The notes below the pieces were generated by a model. The model saw only the letters and a program-made list of their open reading frames with translations, did no database searches and was not told the origin of the DNA. A program made the position numbers and the translations under genes. A stretch of DNA of 64,000 bases from a virus: IMG/VR virus record IMGVR_UViG_3300006990_004842, positions 1 to 64,000 of that record; one strand, written 5' to 3'. Positions 1 to 8,676 of this stretch are shown here, piece after piece; positions within the stretch are counted from its first letter, which is position 1, and each line of letters begins with the position of its first letter.

Positions 1-291
1 CTACTCGAAATAGTATTTTTGGCCTGAATTGTGCATTTTTTTATGCGGAAATTGGTTCAAATGGTTTACTTGGAAGTCTTTACGGTCTTGGTCGCATTCA
101 AAACTAGCAAATACTAACAACTGTAAACCAAAGCCTTGTCTGTCATACTCTTGTGTAAATGTCACATCTACACCTGCTTCTTCGGCCCACTTCCAATATG
201 GTTGCAGTGTGTTGTGTACTGCATTTTCAGTCAAGTACTCATAATCTGCATCGTCGTTGACGTTTGCACTAATCACACATAATTTACTCAT
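1..291 (-). CDS. hypothetical phage protein (96 aa)
   Basis: ATG at 291 overlaps the TGA of the upstream gene (ATGA), so it is preferred to the start at 429; TAG at 1-3. Confidence 0.6.
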   Translation of the reverse strand: MSKLCVISANVNDDADYEYLTENAVHNTLQPYWKWAEEAGVDVTFTQEYDRQGFGLQLLVFASFECDQDRKDFQVNHLNQFPHKKMHNSGQKYYFE

Positions 292-698
292 TGTACAAAA
301 TACCTTATTAGTCCACCAAACAGCATGATTGTGATAACACCATTTAACAGAATGAGAGCTCTGTCTTTCCACATGAAGCCCACAATAAACCATCCTGCCG
401 CTCCAAGCCAACTTAGCAGTATATCCCAAACTTGTAATGGCATACCAAACATGAGCTCGTTGGGCACATTAGCACTTCTGATTGTTATAGCACACAACAC
501 AATAATACTACTGGTCCATTTGATCCACCAACTGAGATCTCCTTTGGGTGTTGCACTTTTTACGATACGATTACTGTGTTTGATTTCAGCAACTGTGTAT
601 TCTGCTTTTTGTCCTTCGATAACTACGTTATCTAACTTCTCCGTTTCTGGAGTTACTTTGCGAGTCACTATAGATTCCTTATCTGCTTTTCTATCCAT
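288..698 (-). CDS. small membrane protein (DUF6552-like)
   Basis: Three hydrophobic segments; KW..SIIVL, GWFIVGFMWKDRALILLN pattern recalled from a marine bacterial/phage family. Confidence 0.6.
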   Translation of the reverse strand: MDRKADKESIVTRKVTPETEKLDNVVIEGQKAEYTVAEIKHSNRIVKSATPKGDLSWWIKWTSSIIVLCAITIRSANVPNELMFGMPLQVWDILLSWLGAAGWFIVGFMWKDRALILLNGVITIMLFGGLIRYFVQ

Positions 699-1705
699 TT
701 AATTTCTTCTTCCACTTTCGTTGCAAACAGTTGATTATTAAATTCAACAATGTCTCTAACTACTCGTTCATGTTTATGTTCTAATAATTGTTTTGCACTT
801 CGGCCTACCATTTGCATTCTTCTCACTATGTCCGGACATAGATCGTAAGATTCATCTATAACACTATCAAATGTTTTATAGCCTAACTTTCTCAGTTCTG
901 CAAGTGTGCCTGGTGTGCTACATATCACAAAAGGGTGATTATTGTATATAGCATAATAAGTTTTTTCTGTGATAAAAATATGATGATAACATGTAGTTTC
1001 AGGTACAATACTTATTGCAGAGTTTGTAAACTTTGTTTCATCATATGGAAATCCTTGACAATGTAAATTGAGGTCATCTTGTTGAACATACTCAATGTCA
1101 TCAATTGACTTATTGTATTGTGACAACACTTTATAACTGTATACGTCATTGAACATTGTTAGCGATGAAAGTTTTTTCAAATGTTCATCTTTGCACAAAA
1201 TACTTGCATGACTGTTAGATAATAAATCTAGACTGTACAGTTGTACTAATAAATTTGCTCTGTTGGGTTTATCAGGTTTGCCTATAACACATCTAAAATC
1301 TTTTTCTGCATTTGGATTATATCTAACATTGTGTTTTTGCCCGTGTACTCTGTGTAAAAATTCTGTGTATAACAAAAAGTAATCACACCAAATAACATTT
1401 ATTGTGGGCAGTAGTGTTAGTTCTTCCTGTACATAATAATTGTTCAGTATAATAGTTGCATCAGTTATATTGTGTTTGTCTAAGAATGTAGACAGCAAAT
1501 CAATCACAGGCTCAGGTGTGTATATTTCATGCGGACGCACAAATATAATTTTTTTACCATTAGGCACATACGTTTCTAAGCGGTGTTTGATTACGTGTAT
1601 AACACCATCTGAAATGTTAATTATTTCAAAGTTACTTACGTCAGGACCTTCCCAATATGGCGATTCAAATAACCAATCTAAATTGAGAAGATCGTTGGTA
1701 ATCAT
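668..1705 (-). CDS. glycosyltransferase-like protein, paralogue 1 (GT10-like C-terminal motif)
   Basis: SIVPET..FITEKT...HPF...GYKTF...DESYD motif shared with five other ORFs in the window. Confidence 0.55.
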   Translation of the reverse strand: MITNDLLNLDWLFESPYWEGPDVSNFEIINISDGVIHVIKHRLETYVPNGKKIIFVRPHEIYTPEPVIDLLSTFLDKHNITDATIILNNYYVQEELTLLPTINVIWCDYFLLYTEFLHRVHGQKHNVRYNPNAEKDFRCVIGKPDKPNRANLLVQLYSLDLLSNSHASILCKDEHLKKLSSLTMFNDVYSYKVLSQYNKSIDDIEYVQQDDLNLHCQGFPYDETKFTNSAISIVPETTCYHHIFITEKTYYAIYNNHPFVICSTPGTLAELRKLGYKTFDSVIDESYDLCPDIVRRMQMVGRSAKQLLEHKHERVVRDIVEFNNQLFATKVEEEIKWIEKQIRNL

Positions 1706-1884
1706 TTTTTCTTACCAAAAATCCTTTCCCAACCATCCTCATATTTTGTTTGATCATTTTCTTTGCGTCTAGCAGAACCTTTACCGCCATGCCAATTTTT
1801 CAAGTGATCAGTTCCACTTGGTGGATTACGATCAGTACCCATTGAACCTTCATGGGTAGATTTACTATCATTATCCTTCGCCAC
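1702..1884 (-). CDS. small hypothetical protein
   Basis: Overlaps both neighbours; WHGGKGS..R and WERIF motifs typical of small phage proteins. Confidence 0.55.
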   Translation of the reverse strand: MAKDNDSKSTHEGSMGTDRNPPSGTDHLKNWHGGKGSARRKENDQTKYEDGWERIFGKKK

Positions 1885-2143
1885 TAAATGTGTCCTCCGT
1901 AAACATAGAAATTTGTTTTAATAAATTATCAACCTCTTTGTCAGTTAAGTAGCCAATTACATCTTCAAACAAAGGAGGTTCGTAAAGCAATGCATCATCT
2001 TTTAACAATGCTAACTCCCATTTATCATCTTTGCCACCATAACTGAATTCGTGTTTAACAACACTAGCACCATATCCATTTGGGAAAGTGTATATTCTTT
2101 GTATGCCCCCATTGCACTCTTGTTCTATAAATTGGTACTTCAA
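1871..2143 (-). CDS. conserved phage hypothetical protein
   Basis: FPNGYGASVV...SYGG...WELA motif; coupled to neighbours. Confidence 0.7.
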   Translation of the reverse strand: MKYQFIEQECNGGIQRIYTFPNGYGASVVKHEFSYGGKDDKWELALLKDDALLYEPPLFEDVIGYLTDKEVDNLLKQISMFTEDTFSGEG

Positions 2144-2598
2144 CGTCTCATCCTAGCAATATCTTTTGCTTGTTCTGTGCCTTTCATTACAGGTACTGCG
2201 TTAGACTTATGCATAGTTGCAATACCTTCAATGAGATCGCCTGTGTACTTCATTGTTTCTTGTTTCCTACCTGCACCATTGTCCTTTGGACTAATAGGCA
2301 TACTAGGATACTTTTCTCTGTGGAGCCTATCTTGTTCTGCTCGCCAATTAACTTGTGGCTTGTTAGGCTTGAAGTTGTTGTAGTCACGTGGATCAGGCTT
2401 CTTGTTAAGACCATAACAATATGCAATGTACTCTTCCAGAGTACTGTATCGCATGTCATGTAAGCCTTTCTGCTTCATGCTCTTGTTATGCTGTCTCCAA
2501 CGTACTTCAAGTTCAGCCATCTTGGCTTTTGTAATCTTTGGTGTTTTACGTTTCCTAGTATTTATTGAACTAAGACCTTGTGCTAAATGCATTGTCAT
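2140..2598 (-). CDS. conserved T4-like phage hypothetical protein
   Basis: C-terminal YTG...GIATMHKSNAVPV motif. Confidence 0.7.
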   Translation of the reverse strand: MTMHLAQGLSSINTRKRKTPKITKAKMAELEVRWRQHNKSMKQKGLHDMRYSTLEEYIAYCYGLNKKPDPRDYNNFKPNKPQVNWRAEQDRLHREKYPSMPISPKDNGAGRKQETMKYTGDLIEGIATMHKSNAVPVMKGTEQAKDIARMRR

Positions 2599-2855
2599 TT
2601 GCCACCTCTCATTTTTCTAAATGCACGTTCCATATCCAATTCTTTTTGAATCTTCTTACTTCTGTATTCGTGCCAAAGTGAATGTCCTGCAAACACCCCA
2701 AACTCCACACTGAACCAAAACAGTATAATCATAGAAGTTACACTGGTTAATTGTTCAGCAGATAATATGGGTTTGAGAATTGCGCCTATGAAGTAAATGC
2801 AGTATATGCTCACTGCTATACACACACAAAGCATAAAAGTTCGTAGTAAATTCAT
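2595..2855 (-). CDS. small membrane protein, first gene of an early operon
   Basis: Two hydrophobic helices; ATG 6 nt downstream of TATAAT. Confidence 0.6.
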   Translation of the reverse strand: MNLLRTFMLCVCIAVSIYCIYFIGAILKPILSAEQLTSVTSMIILFWFSVEFGVFAGHSLWHEYRSKKIQKELDMERAFRKMRGGK

Positions 2856-2861
2856 GCTATT

Positions 2862-2889
2862 ATTATAGCAAATTACAGGGTTATGTCAA
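2862..2889 (-). promoter_or_regulatory. sigma70-like early promoter
   Basis: TTGACA-16-TATAAT with TGC extended -10. Confidence 0.8.
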
Positions 2890-3053
2890 CCGTTTATTAT
2901 GAGACTTGCGAGTAACAATAGCATGGATATGGATCCTAAGAATGCGAAACCTACTGCTATTGCTGTTATGAGGATTTGTGAGGGTGTTACTGTGCTGTGT
3001 TCTGACTTACCTACACCTATTAGTAATCTAAAGGTGTTTCTAAAATAAGACAC
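2886..3053 (-). CDS. micro-ORF, 55-aa membrane peptide
   Basis: GTG start, (M)SYFRNTFRLLIGVGKSEH...ILITAIAVGFAFLGSISMLLLLASLIING; overlaps upstream ORF; not in ORF track. Confidence 0.55.
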   Translation of the reverse strand: MSYFRNTFRLLIGVGKSEHSTVTPSQILITAIAVGFAFLGSISMLLLLASLIING

Positions 3054-3246
3054 TGTTTAGTGCAAACACGGCTAACATAGAGAAGAATACAGTTATCTGT
3101 ATGACTGCTGGTATAACCACAAATAATTGCATAGGGCTAAAGTCGCCTTTCATGAAGTAGTCTGTTTCAAACCATTCTGCTTGTTCTTCAGGTGTTGCGT
3201 CAACAGTTTTGTTTAACTGTAATTCATTTTGTTGAGGGTACCTCAT
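3040..3246 (-). CDS. micro-ORF, 68-aa membrane peptide
   Basis: MRYPQQNELQLNKTVDATPEE... with C-terminal TM helix; ATGA overlap with upstream 20-aa ORF. Confidence 0.6.
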   Translation of the reverse strand: MRYPQQNELQLNKTVDATPEEQAEWFETDYFMKGDFSPMQLFVVIPAVIQITVFFSMLAVFALNSVLF

Positions 3247-3305
3247 TTGATACATCCTTCTGGATGCCAAGGTGCTATCCAGTATTTGTAAAAAAATCTA
3301 ATCAT
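3243..3305 (-). CDS. micro-ORF, 20 aa (MIRFFYKYWIAPWHPEGCIK)
   Basis: ATGA overlaps at both its start and its stop. Confidence 0.45.
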   Translation of the reverse strand: MIRFFYKYWIAPWHPEGCIK

Positions 3306-3415
3306 TTTGGTTCTAAGTAATATGTGGCATTGTTTACATCTCTGAGTCCTCGTAGAACTCCAGCAATATTATCTGTTTGTACTGCAAACAAAAGCACTGT
3401 GTATATCATTGCCAT
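3302..3415 (-). CDS. micro-ORF, 37 aa
   Basis: MAMIYTVLLFAVQTDNIAGVLRGLRDVNNATYYLEPK; starts 2 nt after the previous stop. Confidence 0.5.
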   Translation of the reverse strand: MAMIYTVLLFAVQTDNIAGVLRGLRDVNNATYYLEPK

Positions 3416-3417
3416 TT

Positions 3418-3543
3418 TCACAGTTGCGGAACCACGCCGCCAACTGCCAAACAAAAGATAGACACCAATGTAACTAGTTCTAACGAATCACGCAGAACTA
3501 GACCATCTACTGTTTTTAATTTAGTCTTGATTTTATCTGTCAT
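3418..3543 (-). CDS. micro-ORF, 41-aa membrane peptide
   Basis: MTDKIKTKLKTVDGLVLRDSLELVTLVSIFCLAVGGVVPQL; first ORF of the chain. Confidence 0.5.
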   Translation of the reverse strand: MTDKIKTKLKTVDGLVLRDSLELVTLVSIFCLAVGGVVPQL

Positions 3544-3565
3544 GTTTATCTATATTATTAACTAT

Positions 3566-3594
3566 AAAAAGAGGGATATGTAAACATAACCCTC
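3566..3594 (-). terminator. probable intrinsic terminator
   Basis: GAGGG-t-TATG-ttta-CATA-t-CCCTC followed by TTTTT on the minus strand. Confidence 0.55.
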
Positions 3595-3711
3595 AATTTA
3601 TAAAATTTATGTGGAGTAACATATAAGATAAGTTTATAATACCTTATACGATCTATTTATGATAAAAAAGAGATTACTTAATTAAATGGATTGATTTTGA
3701 TCTTTTCTGAT

Positions 3712-4215
3712 TTACATTCCGTTTTCAGGATATGTTTCAACGTTGTTGCTGTTATGCCCAATCATGGATTTGTCATCTTTCTTTTGCATCTCATCGATCC
3801 ATGATGTGGTTCGACCTGCTTTCTTTTCTTCCCAGTCTTGGATAGCACGTTTAATTGAATCCTCTGCTAACACTGAACAGTGTATTTTGATAGGAGGTAA
3901 TTCAAGTGCTTCAGCAATCTCTTTGTCTTTGATTTGCTTTGCTTCTTCGATTGTAAGACCTGTTAACATTTCCACAAACATACTGCTAGAAGCAATAGCA
4001 CTACCACAGCCATATGTTTTGAATTTGACATCTATAATTGTGTCAGTTTCTGGATCTAGTTTTAGATCTAATTTCATTACATCACCACATGCTGGTGCCC
4101 CTGTCATACCTGTTGCTACAGTAGGATCTTTTGGATCAAACTTACCAACACCATGTGCCGCAGGGTTATTTGTCACTTGCTCGAAACGGTCGATTACTTT
4201 CTTTGAATATGCCAT
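3712..4215 (-). CDS. iscU: Fe-S cluster scaffold IscU/NifU
   Basis: GAPACGDVM, FKTYGCGSAIASSS, LPPIKIHCSVLAEDSI. Confidence 0.95.
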   Translation of the reverse strand: MAYSKKVIDRFEQVTNNPAAHGVGKFDPKDPTVATGMTGAPACGDVMKLDLKLDPETDTIIDVKFKTYGCGSAIASSSMFVEMLTGLTIEEAKQIKDKEIAEALELPPIKIHCSVLAEDSIKRAIQDWEEKKAGRTTSWIDEMQKKDDKSMIGHNSNNVETYPENGM

Positions 4216-4223
4216 ACTGTTAT

Positions 4224-5042
4224 TTATCTCTTATCTAGTATGTGCTCTGCAAGTTTCTCGCCTATAAAAGTATGTCCCAATTGACTGTAATGTGATTTAT
4301 CAAATTCTATTGGTTCAAATCCTTTAATGGTGTCCCACCCCAATAGGTATTCGTTGTTATCAAAATTGTCCACAACTTTCATTAAATCAGCCCATATAGC
4401 ATGTTCATGAAAACCATCTTCCCAATGCTTTATGTTGCTTGTGAGTTTAAGGGACTTATAATGATCATGCCATAGTCCTGTACATCTATGAAACACATAC
4501 ATCAAATCAATGTTGTGATGTTCTAAAAAGCCTTCTAACATTATACTTTGAGTTTGCCAATTATGCAAAATAAATCGTTCATTAACAGAACCCAAAACTT
4601 CAAGTGCTTCTGATTGATTTTTTGCCGCTTCGAATAACTCAGTAGGGATATTACAACCGTTGTGATGGTAATCATGTAATAATGGTTTGTAATTATAGTA
4701 ATTGTATCTACCAAAATCACTATCTCTGATCATACCGTTTATAGTATTGTAAATGTATTCTGGCCACTGATCATTTTCGTCTAGATAATGATTAAAAGGA
4801 GACATGACTTCCTGTCGATGAGGATCAGGATATTGTATACAAACAAGATCACCGCTTACAAGTTTTCCATCACGTACTGATTGTACAATGGATTTATACA
4901 CTCGATCCTTGCTTGAACAACCTTGTGCTAAATGCAAATAATCAAGATTGAGACTCTTGGCGGCTACTGCACCATAAGTGTTTTTTATGGAGTCACCGGT
5001 GTAATCTGAAAAACTACAGCCACAAGAGGCAAGGGTTGGCAT
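4224..5042 (-). CDS. SGNH hydrolase-like protein, paralogue 1
   Basis: N-terminal GCSFS (GDS variant), C-terminal DKSHYSQLGH. Confidence 0.5.
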   Translation of the reverse strand: MPTLASCGCSFSDYTGDSIKNTYGAVAAKSLNLDYLHLAQGCSSKDRVYKSIVQSVRDGKLVSGDLVCIQYPDPHRQEVMSPFNHYLDENDQWPEYIYNTINGMIRDSDFGRYNYYNYKPLLHDYHHNGCNIPTELFEAAKNQSEALEVLGSVNERFILHNWQTQSIMLEGFLEHHNIDLMYVFHRCTGLWHDHYKSLKLTSNIKHWEDGFHEHAIWADLMKVVDNFDNNEYLLGWDTIKGFEPIEFDKSHYSQLGHTFIGEKLAEHILDKR

Positions 5043-5043
5043 T

Positions 5044-5484
5044 TTAACTGAAGTCTCTGAGCATCTTTTTGATTTCTAATGCATGTTGTTCTTCCATGCC
5101 AATTTGTCCTCTGGCATATTCTTCTAACATAACACTAGCATCAGCAACTTCTTCTAGTAATTTTTTATACATCATTACTGCTTGTTGCTCATGTTCGAGA
5201 CTTTCCTTTAATATTTGTAATACACCGTGGTCATGATTTTCCTCAATCACAGCAATACGTTGACTTGGGTGTCCACCAAAGCCTGTGATGTATTCACCTG
5301 CTTGTAAGGCGTGTGCTAAACTTTCGTTTGCTTGTTCTTGTAAGAAGGCAACAATGGGAATCCTGTTTGGACCACTTACCATTAGTGAACTGTGAGCATA
5401 ACGTACAACTCCAGCCATCTCTAATTCTATAATTTGATTTAACAAATAAATTACTTTATCAGTGTTTAATTCTTTCATCTCCAT
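5044..5484 (-). CDS. ferritin/bacterioferritin-like diiron protein
   Basis: Four-helix diiron pattern ELE..Y, EQANESLAHA, LEHE, EEQHA; the heme-ligand Met of Bfr is absent (Leu). Confidence 0.85.
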   Translation of the reverse strand: MEMKELNTDKVIYLLNQIIELEMAGVVRYAHSSLMVSGPNRIPIVAFLQEQANESLAHALQAGEYITGFGGHPSQRIAVIEENHDHGVLQILKESLEHEQQAVMMYKKLLEEVADASVMLEEYARGQIGMEEQHALEIKKMLRDFS

Positions 5485-6258
5485 TTATTCTCCGTCATAA
5501 TATTCTAGACGTTCTATGTCGTCTTCTGATGTTTCTTCACCATATTGTATTTCTATGATATGGCAAGGTTCATCAAATGGATTAAATGCTTGATGCCAAT
5601 CACCTTGTTTAACATGAAAGAACTGATCCTTTTCTATAGTGTGTACTTGAAAAGTATCAGGTGTGCTAAAACTGTGTTTAACATTAAGTCTACCTTTGCT
5701 GATAAACCACATCTCACTTCTCTTGAAGTGTCGTTGATAACTGATTCCTTTACCTGCTTCAATTACTAACTCTTTAACACGAACAACATCATCTTGAAAC
5801 AAGTCACTGAACTCGCCCCATACTCTGCGTTCTGTTGGATACTTCCATTCCTTTAATATCCAACTGCTACTGTTGGCTTTGTGATCGCCACCAACACTAA
5901 ACTTAAAATCGTATCCTTCAACTTCCATTTCTGGAATGTTATCTTTGCCTCTATCACCACCATTACAAAATATATATTCATGATTGTGTCCGAATGCATT
6001 CCTTACATCTATGAGGCCTTGGGTTACACTTCCATCTTTATCGTCAACACCATACACATTGTCTACCATGTCCATGCGTTGAATAATAGTTGATCTTTCT
6101 TCAAAAGGCATAAAGGGTCTGCCTTTCTTTCTAGTGAGCCAATCGTCACTGTTTACCAGTACAATTAATTTATCACCAAATGCGGAGGCTGACTCTAATA
6201 GATTTATATGACCAGTATGTAGCGGATCAAACCCTCCGCTAACTACTGCAATACGCAT
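5485..6258 (-). CDS. cytidylyltransferase (TagD/RfaE-like) fused to mannose-6-phosphate isomerase type II cupin
   Basis: SGGFDPLHTGH, NSDDWL.RKKGRPFM, NGGDR; C-terminal RVWG, SYQRHFKRSEMW, IIEIQYGE..EDDIER. Confidence 0.9.
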   Translation of the reverse strand: MRIAVVSGGFDPLHTGHINLLESASAFGDKLIVLVNSDDWLTRKKGRPFMPFEERSTIIQRMDMVDNVYGVDDKDGSVTQGLIDVRNAFGHNHEYIFCNGGDRGKDNIPEMEVEGYDFKFSVGGDHKANSSSWILKEWKYPTERRVWGEFSDLFQDDVVRVKELVIEAGKGISYQRHFKRSEMWFISKGRLNVKHSFSTPDTFQVHTIEKDQFFHVKQGDWHQAFNPFDEPCHIIEIQYGEETSEDDIERLEYYDGE

Positions 6259-6657
6259 TTAGAGTGTTCCTCTTTTTCTCTTAGAAGAAATAAATGCGTT
6301 TCTCAAGTCTGAATATGCTCTACGTTTTCTCTTAGACTTCATGAACTTTTGACTTGATGGTGTTGGTAATGGAGCATCACCAGCAACAAGATTTTTCATT
6401 CTTTCTTTCTGAACTCTCTTTTTGGCTTGTGATTTCCTACGTTGATTTTTAGCACTTGGCTTTTCATAAAACTCTCGTTTCGCAAGTTCTTTTTGGCGGT
6501 TATCATTTTCCAAGATTTTTTTCAATCTTCTCAATGCACCATTTACATCACCGTTGCGAACGATAACCTTTGCACCAAAAGGTTTTTCTTCCTTTTGCTT
6601 ATTTTTATTGAAAGGGCGTTTTTGAAAGTTACCTTTTCCTCTAAAATTATTTCTCAT
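6259..6657 (-). CDS. rpsU: ribosomal protein bS21 with N- and C-terminal extensions
   Basis: VIVRNGDVNGALRRLKK...REFYEKPS core. Confidence 0.9.
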   Translation of the reverse strand: MRNNFRGKGNFQKRPFNKNKQKEEKPFGAKVIVRNGDVNGALRRLKKILENDNRQKELAKREFYEKPSAKNQRRKSQAKKRVQKERMKNLVAGDAPLPTPSSQKFMKSKRKRRAYSDLRNAFISSKRKRGTL

Positions 6658-7906
6658 TTATACCTCTATATAGTTTATATTTTGTGTCACTAATAATGTT
6701 TCCATCCTCATATTCTAAATCTGGATTGTAATCATTGTCAGGATATTTATTCATAAGTATCGTTACAACGCCTTCTTCTCGAAGATTAGGAGCTCTATAC
6801 ATTAGATTTATTAATGAATTGTCAACAATACTTCTAATGCCTCTAGCACCAATATTCATGTCAATTGCCTGTTCAGCAACAGAATTTATATACTCGTCAC
6901 TAAACTCAATATTAATGTCGTCGATACTTAAAATATACTTTACTTGATCAAGAACATTATTTTTAACATTTTTAATTATACTATATAAATGTGTTTTGTC
7001 AAGTTTATCTAATACTGCAATTATGGGCAGTCTGGATACAAACTCAGGAATGAGTCCGTATTCTATAACATCTTTGTGTTCTAAGAATTGCACAAAGTTC
7101 TCAGCATCTGATACTATGTTAGCACCAAATCCTATGTTATTCTTGCTTTTAAGTCTCTTCTTAATAACTTTGTCTATGCCTACAAATGCACCGCCTACAA
7201 TAAACAATACATTAGCAGTATCAAATTCTACATAATCTTCTACCATTGATTTTTTATTGTTTGAAACTTTTATTTTAACTACTGTGCCTTCTATTAGTCT
7301 TAGGAGTGCTTGTTGAACACCTTCACCACTAACGTCGCGTGTAGCCGTGTTAGATTCGCTCCTACGGGCCTTTTTGTCTATCTCGTCTATGTATACAATA
7401 CCTTTCTGTGCTAGTTCTAAATCATAATTAGCAAGGCTCAACAGACGCTCTAAGACGCTCTCTACGTCTTCTCCAACGTATCCTGCTTCAGTTAGTGTAG
7501 TTGCATCTGCTATAGCAAAAGGTACACCTAATTTTTTTGCTAGTGTTTTAGCAAATAGTGTTTTACCAGTACCAGTAGAGCCTGTTAACAAAATGTTACT
7601 CTTGTCTACTTCTAAATCGCCTGGGTTATTGTAAACTCTTTTGTAGTGGTTGTATGCACTAACACTTAACATTTCTTTGGTTTGTTTATGACCAACGATA
7701 TGGTCATTTAAGAATTCAAATATTTCGGGTGGGGAGGGTAAATCAACGGGTGCTATTTCTGGGTCTTCAGTTTCATTAGTTACAATGTTGTAACTTAATG
7801 TGATACATTCATCACATATAAAAACATTAGGGCCGGCTATAAGTTTTTTAACTAAGTCTCGTTTTTTACCGCAAAAACTGCACTCTAAATTAGTATTGTC
7901 TGACAT
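6647..7906 (-). CDS. clpX: ATP-dependent Clp protease ATPase ClpX
   Basis: CSFC..CDEC zinc domain, [45 protein letters not shown] loop. Confidence 0.95.
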   Translation of the reverse strand: MSDNTNLECSFCGKKRDLVKKLIAGPNVFICDECITLSYNIVTNETEDPEIAPVDLPSPPEIFEFLNDHIVGHKQTKEMLSVSAYNHYKRVYNNPGDLEVDKSNILLTGSTGTGKTLFAKTLAKKLGVPFAIADATTLTEAGYVGEDVESVLERLLSLANYDLELAQKGIVYIDEIDKKARRSESNTATRDVSGEGVQQALLRLIEGTVVKIKVSNNKKSMVEDYVEFDTANVLFIVGGAFVGIDKVIKKRLKSKNNIGFGANIVSDAENFVQFLEHKDVIEYGLIPEFVSRLPIIAVLDKLDKTHLYSIIKNVKNNVLDQVKYILSIDDINIEFSDEYINSVAEQAIDMNIGARGIRSIVDNSLINLMYRAPNLREEGVVTILMNKYPDNDYNPDLEYEDGNIISDTKYKLYRGINEK

Positions 7907-7920
7907 GCTAGTATTTATAG

Positions 7921-8676
7921 TTAATCAATGTTTGCGGTGTCGTCTTTAGGATAATCTACTGCCCAAAACCCTAATTTTTCTTTTACTTCTTTTTCGGAAG
8001 TGTTTAGCAGTATATTGTATATTTCTTTTTCTGACCAATCCTCTTTGTTAAGTTCACTTCCTGCCATTAGTCTAGCGGCTTCACGTAAATCGCCTGATGC
8101 AGGAACTTCAACTTGTACTTCTTTGACTTTTTGTTGAGATTCTTGAGATGCAATTAATTGTTTTTTGAGTGTATTATATCTTGCTTCTAGTTTGTTAAAT
8201 TTATCTTGTTGGCTTTCATCAACAGTCTCAACTGGCACTTCAACTATTTTTTCAACTTCTACAATCTTTTCAACTTCTACAATCTTTTCAACTTCAACAG
8301 GTTTCTCAACCTCAACAATTTTTTCAACCTCGATAATTTTTTCTTCTTGCTTACTTTCTTGTACTAATTTTAATTTGCTTTTGAGTTGATTGATCTCTTT
8401 TTGTAATTCAAATACATGATCATTATCAACTACTTCTACAATTTTTTCGACTTCGACGATTCGCTCTGGACCTGGGACTTCCTTTTCGACAATTCGTTCA
8501 ACCTCCTTGACGACCTCAATCTCCTTTGGGACTTCAACTTCAACGACCTTTTCAACTGGCACCTCCTTTTCTACAACTTTAGGATTATCTAATGTGTCAA
8601 TCAACAATGTCAGCAAACCGCTATACTTTTCATTGACTTCGTTTATATATTTCTGTATGTCTTCAGCTCTCGCCAT
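7921..8676 (-). CDS. VEKIVEV-repeat coiled-coil protein
   Basis: Many V/E/K/P-rich hexapeptide repeats. Confidence 0.7.
   Translation of the reverse strand: MARAEDIQKYINEVNEKYSGLLTLLIDTLDNPKVVEKEVPVEKVVEVEVPKEIEVVKEVERIVEKEVPGPERIVEVEKIVEVVDNDHVFELQKEINQLKSKLKLVQESKQEEKIIEVEKIVEVEKPVEVEKIVEVEKIVEVEKIVEVPVETVDESQQDKFNKLEARYNTLKKQLIASQESQQKVKEVQVEVPASGDLREAARLMAGSELNKEDWSEKEIYNILLNTSEKEVKEKLGFWAVDYPKDDTANID
8240..8340. repeat. 18-nt degenerate tandem repeat encoding (VEKIVE)n
   Basis: ttttcaacttctacaatc-like units; further copies near 8430-8580. Confidence 0.8.

Noticed and set aside
3743-4267. Long antisense ORFs (also 34276-34629, 51821-52204, 28325-28855)
   Set aside because: They lie opposite well-supported genes, lack RBS or promoter, and have shadow-frame composition.
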